Positions 38,129 through 53,100 of a stretch of 64,000 bases of DNA are shown piece by piece. Numbering within the stretch: position 1 is the stretch's first letter; the number at the start of each line of letters is the position of its first letter. The notes under the pieces were generated by a model. That model did no database searches. It was not told the origin of the DNA and saw only the letters and a program-made list of their open reading frames with translations. A program made the position numbers and the translations under genes. The stretch is from Phoronis australis (Eukaryota > Animalia > Phoronida), in contig NMRA01000617.1 of NCBI GenBank assembly GCA_002633005.1, positions 8,367 to 72,366 on the forward strand. The letters run 5' to 3'.

Positions 38129-39919
38129 CTTTTCTAGCACCATAGTCACGGAGATCAACACAACAAAACGAATAGCAAAATAAAATCCAGTTACTAATGG
38201 TTACAAACTTTACGCCCCTGCTTAGCAAAATTACAGTTGATACAAATACAGAATCTATGTTTTATGCGACACCTGACAGAAATACTTTTTAATCTCGTTG
38301 GTAAACACAGAGTCACCAGGTAAATTCAATTTCACAAATGTAAAAAGTAGTTCCCAATCAATGGCCTAATAAATTCATTCCTATCGTTTTTGAATACACA
38401 GTGCACCAGGTGAGCAGTTTACAATTACATAGTCAATTGACATGACAACAAAATTTAATACATATGACTGAAAACGCTACATTCAACAGATGTTTTTATC
38501 TAATCTTGCCATGAAGAAAGCTGCCCAATACAGATGCTAGAATAGTCTCAACATATATTTTATACGTCTTTGATGGTAACACAGCTTTAAGTTGGAAGAC
38601 AAGGAGTCATGGACAACTAGTGTTAGACTGCGAGTCATGGATAATCAGTGCAGTCATCACCTACCCCAGTGCATCAAGGGTAGACAATATTCATCCCTCA
38701 CTCAAACCCCATAGCGTTTTCATTAACAACATTCTATTCCCTTAAATACTGTAAACATTCTTTTCACAAAAGCTGTAGTTATTTTCTCACATTACCACAA
38801 ATCTGTCCTAATAAACACACTTCTTTCTCACAGCAACAATACATGAAAAGAATGACCGTGGGTAGAGTGAGAAAAAATTGTATTCGTGACCAAAGAACAC
38901 TGCCGTTGAGAATGCCCCTGAAGTCTGCAACAGAGAATTATCAACTCAGAATATGGATAGTTCTAGCAGAACTTGTGAATTAAAGACAGCAAGCACAGGC
39001 AAAAAGACCTTCATAGGAATACTTTCACAGAGCATTATAGTGACTGATGGGACATGATCAGTGAATCCATAAGGAGGCTACACAGGGTCATAGTTCACAG
39101 CACCAAAAGTAATAGCTGAAACATTCAAACAAAATACAAAGACATTTACGAAAATTTTGTGGTCTCTTTCATGAAAAGTCAGAGATTTGGTCTTACAATG
39201 CATACAGTTACTTCAGATAAATAATAATAATTCTGTAAATCTCACTGGAGCAAAAATTAAAAGTGTCAGAGAATATACACATAACTGTTAGTTATTGAGA
39301 TAATTTCAGTAAGTTATTTCTAGACTGTGATGCTCTCTTAATTACTCGGCTAAACAAATTCAATAAATGTGACGTGGGACCATAAGACCAAATATCTGTC
39401 ACAAGTCACTTTTCCTGAAACAGACTCTCAATCTCCAAGGTGCTTCTAAGTATCACTGATCCAATACGGCCGCCACCTTCGGCTTTGCATGGAAGTCCAT
39501 TTTTGGAAGCTTACTGATGTTCATTAGTTACTTGAACACACATGTCAACCAAAAATATAATTTCTCAGCCTTTAATTTCTATATCCATCATCTATGAAAT
39601 GGCTGTACATAATTTAACACAATGACAATACAAAAACGCCCTACAACACCTCCACTGCAATTCTCTCAAGTGTAAAAGACTATAGTACATACAGTGGTTC
39701 AAGAAATATTATCAACTTAATGGACTCATCCGGGCTTTAAGGCCAACGTTCGGCCAAACATCAATCCCCAAATTTTAATGATCACTTTTATACACCATGC
39801 TCAATTACTCGCCACATCTATACAATCGTGACTAAACCTGCGACTAACTAACAGTACAAAATCTGTATTCCGTAGGTCTTCATTTAGCCATAGCATGTGC
39901 GGTAATGGTTGGATATAAC

Positions 39920-39991
39920 GTGCCCAAATTTTGAGAACCAGTTTTCCCCACTAAACAACAGGCATCAAACTGGTTCTCAAAATGGGGGCAC
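39920..39991. repeat. ~70-bp hairpin element (second copy 41812-41881)
   Basis: Perfect 17-bp stem ATTTTGAGAACCAGTTT/AAACTGGTTCTCAAAAT with a 22-nt loop; the second copy has a 15-bp stem and a similar loop. Confidence 0.8.
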
Positions 39992-41127
39992 ATTACATCA
40001 GACTATTGCCACATGTGCAGTAGCTGAAATCAGTGCAGACATCTGGGCATTAAACTAGTTGCTCAGGTAAACGCCCATCACCGGCTTCTCAAAATATAAT
40101 TTTTTGTAAACCCATGCTTGGTTTAACACCCATCCATATAAACAGAACTCCAAGGACGGTGAAGTTAACCTTGAACAATCACTAACTTTTTACACTATCT
40201 ACAGGAATGTCATAATTAGCCAACTTCATGATACAATCAGCAAAACCTAAATCACAAGTCTTATCACACTGTGAACCATAACTGAAGACTATAACCTAAA
40301 TGGCTGAGCTTGCCTGATCAACATCATGTTGTTGGCTATAATACAGCAATGTGAAATGTGTTTACAAGGCAGTAACACACACTTGTGACCATGGAGACAT
40401 TGATCAAGTGACAGACCTCAAATACAGTAGACTTGTCCTAAAATAGCTCAACACCACTCTCATTCTAAGGTATTTACCCACAATGCAACACACACGTCAA
40501 GCACCAATCCTGTTTCTTCACATGCAAATGTCCTACGGTAGTCACTATCCCAATATCGTAAGTACACCGTCCATTACTCATGATTGTAATGCAAACAAAT
40601 TAGCATTATTGTCATGATATTATCATTTGCAATGTCGATACCAAGAAATTAGCAAAAGCCAAATATAAGTGCTGGATGCACAATGTACTGTTCTTCCCTT
40701 CTTAATCAACTGGGGAGTGTCTGATATTTTGAAAAGTAGGTCACTTACGTAAGGCATATTTCTACCTCAGTGAAAGGAGAGTTGACTTAAGGACAGACCT
40801 ATTGGGAAGTAAGACCATAAATGGATAACTGAGATTGGAAAGCACATGATCTCTCCAAATATAAGCAGATACACAACAAGAATTGTAGACCTTAGAGAAA
40901 TAATTACTCATAATCATTAAGCGCAGAAATTCAACTTGTGTAGAATACACGGTTATTACATAATATGGCAATTTACACCAATGCATCTACTTATATCCAA
41001 GAGGTACACTCAATAAATAACCATGGTACGACATACCAAATACCTCACAGTACACATATCAAAGACGGAACTCTAAAGTGGAATTTCTTTCAAGTCGCAA
41101 CAGCCAGGTGAGAGGAGTACTTAAGTT

Positions 41128-44100
41128 TCATGTTTTTCCAGTCTTGATCTCAAGAATGGATGGATTGCTCTCCATTATTGTCAAAATTATCCTGTCTACG
41201 TATTCACGTAGCTTAACGTTCACTTCTTGTTGTTCCTGAAGAGCAGTCATTAACTGAAAAAGAACGCATAATAGTTTTCAAATCAAACTGGACAACGCCA
41301 AAATTCAACAAAGTTTTGGCTAAATTTTAACAAATTCTTCACAGGTGTTGCTCCACAACATTGTCGAAGTTGTAACAACTTAATTCGCAAGTCCACTTAT
41401 AAATGAACAGCAAGTGGCTAGCAGTAATGAGATCACAACAAATGACAAATGTTACTTTATTGCAACCAATTTTTGCCTAAACTGCCAAATAGTTGTGACA
41501 AGATGTTCATCTTAGTCTCAGAGTGATCTGTGCAAGTCTGAAAACTGTTATCAACACTGTTTACATTGCCCTGTTTTCCTGAATAGGGAACAGTGATGTT
41601 TCACATCACAAAGACACTAAATGTTAAGAGTAACAACACATTTTCCATCATTTCACTCAACCTATGCCAAAACATTTTTGTGCAGTTCAACAACGCAGAG
41701 ATTTGCACAAACAATTGGGCAAAAAGTTATTTCAAGACACTTAGCAAGTAACAGTTAAAGCAGCAAATGCAAGCAAATTATAGGATGTAAAAGTAATAGC
41801 CACTAACAGGGGTCCTGCACTTTGAGAACCAGTTTTCTGAACTAAATAACGGGCATCAAACTGGTTCTCAAAATGTGGGACACCTTTAAGTGGTTATTAC
41901 TGATCATTTACAAACTGCAACTAACTATTTCCAGCAATGCTGCAAGATTGCACACAAATCGAGACCGAAACAGAAGCTAAGCAACTGAGCTGCAAAGCAA
42001 ATTACTGTAGCCCCTGGGTGAAGTACAACTGCTCCCTCTAGAGTCAGTTTCCTAAACCAATAGGAATACCGCCTCCAGTCAAAAGCAGTGGTGAGTGCAG
42101 AGTTGAGTCTATCTGACAAGTCTCAAAATCAAATGTCAGCATGCACCATTCATAATATGGATATTCAAAAAAGGGAACAGACTTTAACAAAATTACTTAA
42201 ACTCTATATTTATCAGAAATATCAAATCACGTTGTCCTGAGACTGGCGGTTAATCTTTGAAATCGAACTAGAAATTATTTTTGACATTTTCTGTTCCAAC
42301 TTTCACGTGCATTCCAGTTAGGTGTCTGTTTATCTGTGCTCAAGTATGTTACGATTTCTGAGGATGATTGTCTTACTTTAGTTTGCATTTGATGATCAAT
42401 CCAAGTATCAATGCTATAAGTTTGAATATGACCTCAAAATTTTGAGTTTTTATTCAAGTTTGTAATTGGAATAAAGGCGTTAACAAGGGCGAACTTGAAC
42501 TAAACACTTACCAGCTTAACGTACTTGAGTACAGACTTTCTTGAATTCACGTAAAAAAGGAACGGAAAATGTCAAAAATAATTTTGAGTATGATGTTGAG
42601 TAGAAAAATTAGACCCGGAGTACAGATTTAGCTTCAGAATACATAACATGCCCACAAAGGTTGCAAGAAAATAAGCTCATCTCGTGTTATTCTACGCGAA
42701 CCTTGTTGAAAAACATCTTGGTTTGGTGTAAAACTATGTCTTTAAGCCTTCTTACCAAAATGGAGGAGCATCATTAAAACTATTCGAGGTTTAAAGTTTG
42801 AACTTTTGTTGAATGGAATGGCTCAAAATTGTCCAAAGATTTCAAAACAACTGGATGTGAAAAAGTTTTTTTAATAAAAATGAAGTTCATGGTGTTCTAT
42901 ACTTAAAGCTTCAGGAATTACTTTGACAAATTTGAACGAAGCAAAAACATTCCTTTAAGTCAGGCAACACTCAATTGATGATTACAGATGGCTCATCTTT
43001 ACATCACACTAATATAAACCCACAAAACTATGTATTAAGTAATTGATCCAGGCAGATTCAATTTTATTTTATATGAACATCAGTGTGCAAGGTTCCAACT
43101 GGAAATTCAAAGGAGTAAATCAGAACCAAGTGAACAGGACAGAGGAGAAAACTGGTCAATGTGAGAATGGATAGTGAAATTCAGACATGCACACATGACA
43201 TCTAGTGTCATATTGCAAAATCAGCAGGTGGTTTGCTGGAGGAGAGTCCAGGAAGGTGACAGTAATCGGGTAGCGCAGCAATTACCTGAACTGGCTGAGT
43301 GAAACAAGGTAATTGGGTCTAGTGAATGGGAAAGAACAATATGTTAAGCAGCAACAAACCCACCCCAGTTAGTACAAATAAAACACTGGTTACAGAAACT
43401 GCAAGATCAGGGCCAGGGACCACCAAACTGTGCTCTGAAACTGACCAATCATGTTGCGCACTTTTTTACTTAACGCAATGATTGGTTGATTTTTTGGCAA
43501 ATTTACAAGTAAGGTTTGGGGTCTCGGACCCTGGTAATAGGCTGTGAAAAATAATGTCACCTCGAAATAAGCCCTTTTTAGCTGTGAGAAAAGAAAACAA
43601 AAAGGCTGCATTATAGCAGCATAAATGTTAATGTCCCATATTTTGACTTTGGCAATGAAATAAAAAACAAGCCCAAATACAGTGATCCAATTTGTGAATA
43701 GCAATTGTTTTCAATGCAGGCAATTGTGAAAAAAAAGAATAAAAGAAAATCCAATTGCATTCACAAATATTTGTCCAGCATTGACAGTTTTATTGATTAC
43801 TCAATTAACAGAAACGAATGATCACAAAGAAATTTGTACAAAGCCTGGTAAACGTGTTTAGAACAAACTTAGTATTTGTATTAAACTTCACAATCCATGC
43901 GTAATGACTTGTTAGTGAGAATCTCAAAACTATCAAACATGTACGCCCATTGAAATATGTCGTCTCTGCTAGGTAAACTGCTGGGAAAATAATGACATAC
44001 AAAAGCAATATTATACTAACTATGTAATCATGCCCCTTTGCAAACAAAATAATTTCGACAGCGATTTGACTGTGAAAACTGATTTCTCTTATTTCTTGAG

Positions 44101-47100
44101 AGTTAAGTAGGCTAATATTGCAAAAAGGCGATGCCCTTAAACAGATACGTTAAGTGAAATGAGAAGCTTAAGGCAAGTGAACAAGTGAAATTTTGCTCAG
44201 ATTACTTGGAAGCAGGGAGTCAGAGCAGATCTGAACCAAAAGAGGCCTTCACCAGAAAGGACTGTCAGACTCACTATTTTGACAACTTTTGCACTCTCAC
44301 ATGACGGGCTACACAGGTTCTGGGATAGAAACGGTAGTCTTACACAACAGGAAAACGGGTTCACACAGTAGAGCTGAAACTCCAATCTCTGTACTCAAAT
44401 TGCAACGTAATTTTGATATTTTCAGTTCTACACGTATTAGCATGAACTTAAGATAACTTACTTGTTTTGTGCACAAGTACATCACAAGTTGCTACAACTG
44501 ATCCAAAAGACTCACAGTTGATGACCCCAACATTTAAACTTAAATTCTGAATTGTCTAATGAAATCTCAAGCTTGAACTTGAGTTTATAGCTTGAATCAA
44601 GGGTCTTAGACGGGAAAATGTAATATCTAGTATACAAATCGTGATGTACTCAAAAAAAATTTAGACAGTCACTTATTTTAAGTTCATACTACAGAATAAC
44701 AAAGACAACATCAAAAATTAACCTGGAGTTCAATTTCAAATTCAGAGATTGGATTTCGGGCCAGGGTTGGAAATATGTGCAAACAGGGAGGATCACAAAT
44801 AGATTTAGTGTGCTATAAATCTTTTTATCGGGGAAATATTTCAAAAAGAGAATGTCTGGAAGAGAGGCATTAAAACAAAATTGTGCTTTGGTAACACAAA
44901 GGCTTAAGCAACTTGGATGTGACAACCACAACTATGACTTCTTTAACTACTAATAACTACTATCACTAACTATTACTACTACTATCTACTATAATTACTA
45001 ACTACTACTACTACTCCTGGTACTGCTACAACAAATACTGGTATGAACAAACAACATCGCCAACACAGTTTACATTTATTTTAGACTAACCCCATTGTCT
45101 TTAAAATGTTTGAACTGTGTGGCAAACATGTTTATTTAAACATTAAAAACTGATTTTGGCTTTATACTTCAGCCACTCACCCAGTCTATCACTGCAGCAT
45201 CAGCATAGATCTAAAAGTGCCACCTTGTGGCCATTGATGAAATTGCTAATGGAGATGGAGCCAAGCTAAATTAGGCAGTGGGGGTAGGGTCAAACAAAGT
45301 TATGTAAACTATGTTTAAGCTGCATTCAATAGCATGTCACCATCACAACATATGAAGCAGCTAGTTCATTGTTGCATTTTCACTGATGTCTCCTAGCAAT
45401 ATCCTGAGTGACAACTGTCATTACCTCGTCCTTAGAGTACTCCTCCATCTCAGCAGCCAGGGACATCCCATCAGGCTGTCGTAGCAAGCTCCGCCCCTCT
45501 TCCACACTTTTACACAGCAACATAGCATTCAACTCTTCATTTGTCTCTGCAAGGCTCTTTTTATCCTGAAGACGACAAGTCAAAGGGACATTTTAATGGA
45601 GAATTTTAATCACTGGTCAAAAGTCTGAAATAACGATGATTTCATGGAGTAAGAAATTTGACCTTTATGAGAACATTTTGCACTTTTAGTATCAATAAAT
45701 GCCTCTTTTCTAATACAGTAAAATCTAACCAATTTAGGACAAAATATGACTGACAGCTGAAATGTTATTTTTTTCAAATAAAATATATACCACCACATGA
45801 AATTAATACTTTAATAACCATTCTCAAGTTTTGTATGATTGTGTATATGAATATGTACATGCATTATGCATTATGTATTTAGCAGGAAATGGCATAAGGC
45901 GTTCTCTTGGACTGCTCAATAAGACAAAATGCACTGGTTTAAAACCTTGGACATATCTAGAACAAGACTGGTTCAGCAGATGCAAGTCGGAGTTTTTCTA
46001 AAATGAACAATTTATCAAAAATGAAATCTTATCTGACAGAACACTCCACTTCAAAACTCTAGAACAAAAATAGAAATATTTATGTCAAACACAACTCAAC
46101 AAACGCTAAAAGCACTACCTTCTAAAATTCCTAAAAAAGTGACTAAGGAAAAAACTCGATTCAGTTTCTTATTTAAAGTACTCTTGTGCGTAATGGGAGT
46201 TTTCACTAAATGCAAATCATAATTTAAAACACGCTTAACAATTCAAACTACAACGTTCTGAATTCATTCTGCAAACATTTCGTCTTATCATGCAAGAATT
46301 TGATGGGCTCACAGAAATGGTTACAATCCGCAGAGAACCACCTCATTCATTTTCAATTTTTGTACAGCTATGTGTGAAAAAGCTGGAACCAAAATTAAAC
46401 GGAGTGGAACCAAACAATCACAAACCTGGACATCAAAGGAGTCAACCTGCAGAGACTGAAGTGAAAGTACACATAACCTTTGAACTGAAGAAACCGTCAT
46501 TAAGTGAAGACAGAAAATGCTTGTAAACATCCTAATCACTCTTGCCAATCCTTAATGTTTAAAGCAAGTTTACAAACTCGTAAGGAGACAAAATCTGACA
46601 GCTTGGCAAGTGTGACCAACCCTTTTGGCCATTTATTCAACGACTGTGGAGGATAGACAATCCATGTTGAACCACAGACTTCACAGGATGGCACAACAAA
46701 CAAGCGTTTCAACTTTGTTCTCACCAGAGGTGATAATTGTGCATACCGGGGAGACAGAATCAATTTCCATTCAAAAAACAAACCTTTTGATTTTTAACAC
46801 AAATATGATGTTTTACAAAAAATGTGCCTTTATGTAGAAGCGTTATCTGCCTCTGCCTCTCTACTGATATGTACTACAACACGGACCAAAGCTAGATCAA
46901 CTTACCTTCTGTAATTTCTGTATGTGACTCTCCAGTTCCTGAACGCGTCCAGATACATCTGCACATCCTGATAACCTACGCCCGTCTCGTTTGTTCCTCC
47001 GAAGGTCCTCCAACTCTGTTGTCATCTCCACAGTCGTCTAAAACAGACACGCAAACAGGGAATGAGTTTTTTGTGCAACCTTCCCCCATCACAAGAATGA

Positions 47101-50100
47101 GACAGTGTGGCTCCGTGGTTTCAGCTCTGTACTTCCCGTTTGAGAGACCCGGGCCCGGTCTCCAATCTTTTTACTCGGAATGGAACTCTAAATTAGGTTT
47201 GGCATTTTCTACTCTACCTTTGGGCGAACTCACGATAAGTGTCCATTATTCTATGCTCGAGTACACAATAACTTACGTAGATAATTTATTGCCCTTAGTT
47301 CACAGTTTGTAAACCCAATATTAAAGCAATAAGTTCGAGTTTGAACTCGAAATTTCGAGTTTTTACTCGAGTATGTAGCACGACTATAAGGGTCTTCAAG
47401 GGCAAACTTGAACTAGAAACTCATATGCATAAACTATAATTTATTCGAGCACAGTCTGATAACCAATTATCGTAAGTTCGCACAAAAGGAGCAGAGAAAT
47501 TGCCAAAAATAGTTTCGAGTTCGTTTCGAGTACAAAGTACCGGGCCCAGGGTTCGAATCCTGGCTTTACTGGGTGACAATCGAACATTGTACTAAAGGTG
47601 TCTCCTACTTCTCTGAGCTCGGTCTTACTGGTGAATGCATGAATAAGAACCAGTGGATATAATGCGAGAGTGATTTCCGGGGCTGCGCTCATGTTAACAA
47701 AAAATTGGTACCTTTTTAGTTGCGCAAGAAACTTCATATCAACTCTAGTCAAAGAGGTATTGTAAATTAGTTTTTAGTTTGCAGGTTTGCACCAACACTA
47801 CGGCTTGCAATAGGGCAACTCACCCTAGAACGAGTTACCTTATCTCGATAATGTGCGGTTAAATTGCAACATGAGTGTCAAGTAACACCATCACAATTAA
47901 TGCCCACATTATTAATAAACATAGCGACAACTCGGTCCAAGTGCAACTTGTTCTATCCATAACAACCTGTAGTGTAAACAGCAGTTTACACATTGTAGTA
48001 ACAGGTTTCCCAATACCACTGACACCATAACAACCTGTAGACATGTAAACAGCAGTTTACACATTGTAGTAACAGTGAGAACCTGTAGTGTAAACAGCAG
48101 TTTACACACTGTAGTAACAGGTTTCCCAATACCACTGACACCCTTCTTCTCTCACCTGGGCGTGTAGGATGCGCTCCCGCTCGTGTTCACCCCTCTCGTA
48201 CAGTAGTGTCTCGTGTAGCTTCTGATGCTCCATGGTCATACTGGCAAGTCTGTCTTGGCACTCGGACAATCTGTCCTCCGCTTTTTCTTTTTCCTAAGAA
48301 AGTGTGCAGACGTGTAGCATCACACAGGATATGCCTATGCACCAATAGCTTCAATTACAATTCGTTAATGTATCATGAACTTAATGCAATCTACACAAAA
48401 AATGACACTGAGTACAGTGCATGAACATATCGAGCACGGGTTTGACGAGTCAAAAATGGGCATCTCCAAAATTAGAAGCAGTTTATTGAGCTAAAAATAA
48501 CATCTGAAGTCCATTCTGACCACAGCAAAAGCACAAAAATTAGAAGCGTCTTATTTCGTAACTCGATTTTTGTAAGGATCATAAATTCACATCAAAGCAT
48601 TCAGCACTAGCCAATGTGTGAGACGGCATGTCCCAGGGAAATAGTCACATTACCAATTAAACAGCACTGAATATAACTTAAGTTTATAGACTAATTGGTC
48701 TGTCTATAATATGTGCTCAGACAACATGGATATAAAAAATAGCCCTGCTAACTTTAGACTATTGCTAGGTAAAATACAACAAAAGAATTAACTTGAATAA
48801 ATTATTAACATACTACAGAAGAGCTAAATTTGAGGGAGAGTTTGGCACATAAACCATACCGTGCGACATCTGTCAATTTCAGACTTCAACCTCGGTGCTT
48901 CCTCTTTTAGTGATTTATATTCACGTTCAATGTGTTGTAACCTGTCAATCAACGGATAATTAGACATGAACAAGTGTGACAGTGCAACAACAATCTACAA
49001 GTAGTACAGTACAATAACGCTAGCAGACAAATTTTGCATTATGCAACATCAGTACAATCATCCTTAAACAGTCTCATTCATTTTAACAAATGAGGCAAAT
49101 AAGAATAAACATATCAGCACCACTACTCTACACGTCAGAAATATTTTTTATCGTAAAATAAATGACAAGTGTTCATGCAAATCCTCCAACAAAATCCTTT
49201 AACTGCACTTTGTACAACTCCATGATACTGTGGTTTTAAACTTAGTTATTCATCCCAAGTGACCATCCCTGCTTCTCCATTGAACAAAGCTAAACAGAGA
49301 TGAAGCATTATGGATAAATAGTGAGGATTTCTAGTGCTGTCTCTTGACTTACGGGCGAAGATATTAAAATGAAAATGATATTGACCCAAGCCTAACTGAG
49401 AGCGCTCCATCTAGGTAACCTAACCACTCAGAGCAGCACGACCTCTGACCTGGAGGTGAGTGTGTCAATCTGGTCCTGTTTCTCCCGCTCATGCCTGGCC
49501 ATATTGTCCCTGTGTTTCCTGTACTCTTCGTGAAGCGCCTGTCGTGACTTCGTCTCCATATCCCGAAGTTGTTCCTCCAGGCTGTGAACTCTGCAACACA
49601 AACTTGTCCTTATTATCACTCATAGCTTCATTATTACTACAAGGATTGTAAATTAAGGTAGTACAAAAGTTCGGAATCAATATTAAGCCAAATTGACTGC
49701 CATAAATGATATACCACAGACACATAGGAAAGAAAAAGGTATTGGAGAAGCGCAGAACCAAATGACATTTGCTCACCAAATGTGCAGTCCCACAACCTGC
49801 CAAAAACCCTAGCACTCTCCTGCGAGCTTCCTGCACCCATACAACAGTACGAGATAACGCAATATGAACCAATTATGGGAATTCTTCACTTATTTGGCAG
49901 GCAATATGGCCGACAAGTAAAATTCCAATTTTGCCAAATGTCTTCACAAAAATAAAGTTAAAGAAAACTTATTACTAGCATGGTTTGTACCATGTCAATG
50001 CCACAAAATGACATTTGATAAAGTTTCCATAAGTAATCAGCCTCAAAAAAATTTAAAAATTATAATTTTGGGAATTATTTTTGTGCGAAATAAGTGGAGA

Positions 50101-53100
50101 ATTACAGTAACTGTAATACACAAAGTTACCTTTATCAGTCCAAAAGTTAATACAGACATGAAAATACAATTTCACAATGAAGGCAAAAACTTAACATGCA
50201 ATTCTCAAACATAATGCAATCTACATCAGCATGATTGTACTTCTACAACCAATGTAACTGTCATTATATGCGTCATTTGCATATCAGTACCGTGGATTCA
50301 TCTTGTGCTCTGCGCTTGCGTTAGGCTGCCAGTTTGCATTCTTTCACAATTCACGGCTATACAGTGCATCACATGTCTTGTAGGGTGAGAGCGTGTTACT
50401 TGTCATTCACCAAACATTTTGAGATAGTGATGGTCGACTTTTGTGTACTGGCGGCACAATTTACAGTAAGTCTATGTGCATATACTTGCATTAACTTTTG
50501 TGTCGGGTTCAATCCTTCATGCATACATTGTACCATTTTCTGGTCTATTTACTGTAACCCACAGTGACTTCAATTGTTAAAGCTATAGAACAGGTTCGAG
50601 CAATTTCATTTAAGTGTCAGTACACTGTACATAGGATTTACGTGAGTTTCTATCTTTGGTAGATAAGCATTCATATAGGCAATAGACATGATACATAGAT
50701 TGACACGATACTGATGCGTTACTATTAGTCTTCCATAATAACCATAATCTCAAACTTTAATTAAAGGCTATTAGATACATGCGCGCACCCAGGGGGGGCT
50801 CGGGAGGCTCAGACGAGCCCCCCCCTTTTGGCGAAGTGGGCAAAAAGGTCCGCCTCAGAGAAACAAAAAGTCCGAAAAAACAAGACAAAAGTCCACTAAA
50901 AAGGCGCAAACACACAATTCACAGTTCTGAACGTGGTACCCCATTTTTAGTCCTGCTTTTTGTTAGTAAAAGGTCCACATCACCAGAAATTCGAGCACCC
51001 CCATATTTAAGGCTGGGTACGTGCATGGGATACCTTTGTTACTGAGGATAGAATTTCTCAGTTGAATAACTTTTTTAAGTATTCATAGTAGACTCATAAA
51101 ACTTAATATTTTTAAAATCCTCAACAACAAAATTCTTTTACGCGCATGAAAGCAATGCCTAGATGTTCAAAATCAGATGACTACTTTGTTAAAAAAATCA
51201 TGACTTTTCACAGAAATTACCATGATGTTTTCCACAAGATTTTAGTTAACTTTTTCAAATAACAAAGTTGCAAATTCTGTTTCTCTATCCTATTACCTAC
51301 AAAATCACGTCTGGGATTTCTTTTATTTTAAGGCTCTTAAGCCCAATAACTTAGCTGTCAAAAATGAAGACGTCAACATTCCGTAGTAATTGAAAAATGG
51401 AAGTCTTGATTTTTGACAGCATAAATCTGAGTTTAAAAAATCATGTTTGTCAAAAAATTCAGTGTTAAACTGTGGGTAAACAGTAATGAAACAACATATG
51501 TAGCCGGATGCATACCTTAAATAATGGCTTTGAACCAGACTTAATAAATACAAATACCCTCTTTACAATATAGTTGTGACGGTTGCAGATAGACTTGCTT
51601 TTAGTTGAAATATCATCATGTCGCTACATCTCTGCATTTACACTACATACATGGAGCCGATTTATCTAAACTGGCTCGAACTGCTTCATCTTCCGTATAC
51701 ACTACTAGTTTAGATGCTGCGCCATCTGTTGGAAGAATCTTGCACATTCACACTTCTCTTCTTCCTGTCACAAACTTCCTTGGCACGTAATTGATTGTTT
51801 TGACAGCTTTTAGTCATAATTTTCTTAAGTTTTTGTCCTTACGGGAATTTCATGATTACAATTGCCAATTCGGTTAATTTGTTTTGACATAAGCGTGTTG
51901 GAGAATGTCAAACATGTATCACCAGGGCGGGAACTTGTGGATGAAAACAGAACACAGGAACAAACATTCTGTAGATGGGCAAGTATCTATCACATCTGAT
52001 ATGCAACGGTTCCTTTTCTCGTTCACACTTGCAAGGTATGTATCGGCTACAAATTAAGTAGTCTCGAAACCACCTCCTCAAGCTGATTACATCTAATCTC
52101 ACTCATAGTTTTCACATACGTTCTGCACTTGAGCAACAAACAGGGTTTAAGCCAATTTAAAGTCCCAACTGTAAATGGTGTAAAATGCTTACCAAATCAA
52201 GGAAAAGAGACTAACACGCAACTGAAAGTCACTAAATCATATTAAGAGACACCAAACATTCAGAAATGTGTCACTAAACATAATTTATGTGAGACAGAAA
52301 AATAAAACAAACATGGTCATATATATATACTACATCGAACTATGCACAGGTAAACCTGCACACACAGGAATAAAAAATCAATATATTACATGCAGTGCAA
52401 ATAAGGATTATAGACTGGACAGGAGAAATCAAGAATAGATGTGACTGTTTTTCACCAACTCAAACTATTTACAGCAATTGCTTTGGGATTATGCAATCTA
52501 AAAAATTCAAAACCAAGCATACTCAAAACGATGGTAAAACATACAAAACCAAACATAATCAAAGAAATCCCAAAATTTTTTACGTAATTACTAATTGATA
52601 ACTTCTATTAACAAATCATTACAAAAGACAACATGCGATACTCAGTTGGTCATGACCAGCATACCAACTTACTTGGATGGCAGGTCGCTCAGGCTGAAGA
52701 CAGTGAACAAAAATGTTTGAAGACAGTATCACTAATGCGCTCTAAAATATTTCATTGACTCTAAACAAGCCTTTGATATTATTCACAGTCATCACTCCTA
52801 TTGTGTTTACATTTTCCGTGACTTTTACAGGTCAGGGTTCCCTTCCAAGCAAAGTGACTAGAGGCTTAAGTCAGTACTTTGGTCTTATGCTCTCATTGCC
52901 AAACCACTGAGTGCAGGTTTAGCCATGTAATTGTAAGCATATCGATGCCAAGAAATAATTAGGCACATTACCCCAGTAACTTATAGTTATGGGTATATTC
53001 TCTGAGACTTGTGCTACAGTGAGATTTGAGATGTTCTAACTGGTACAATGAATCACATAAAACATCTTTCCAAATAAAGGTCTTTGAACAAGACACCAAA

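Noticed and set aside
47104-47150. Functional tRNA gene
   Set aside because: Interrupted by a ~395-bp insertion and lacks a good acceptor stem; treated as a SINE head.
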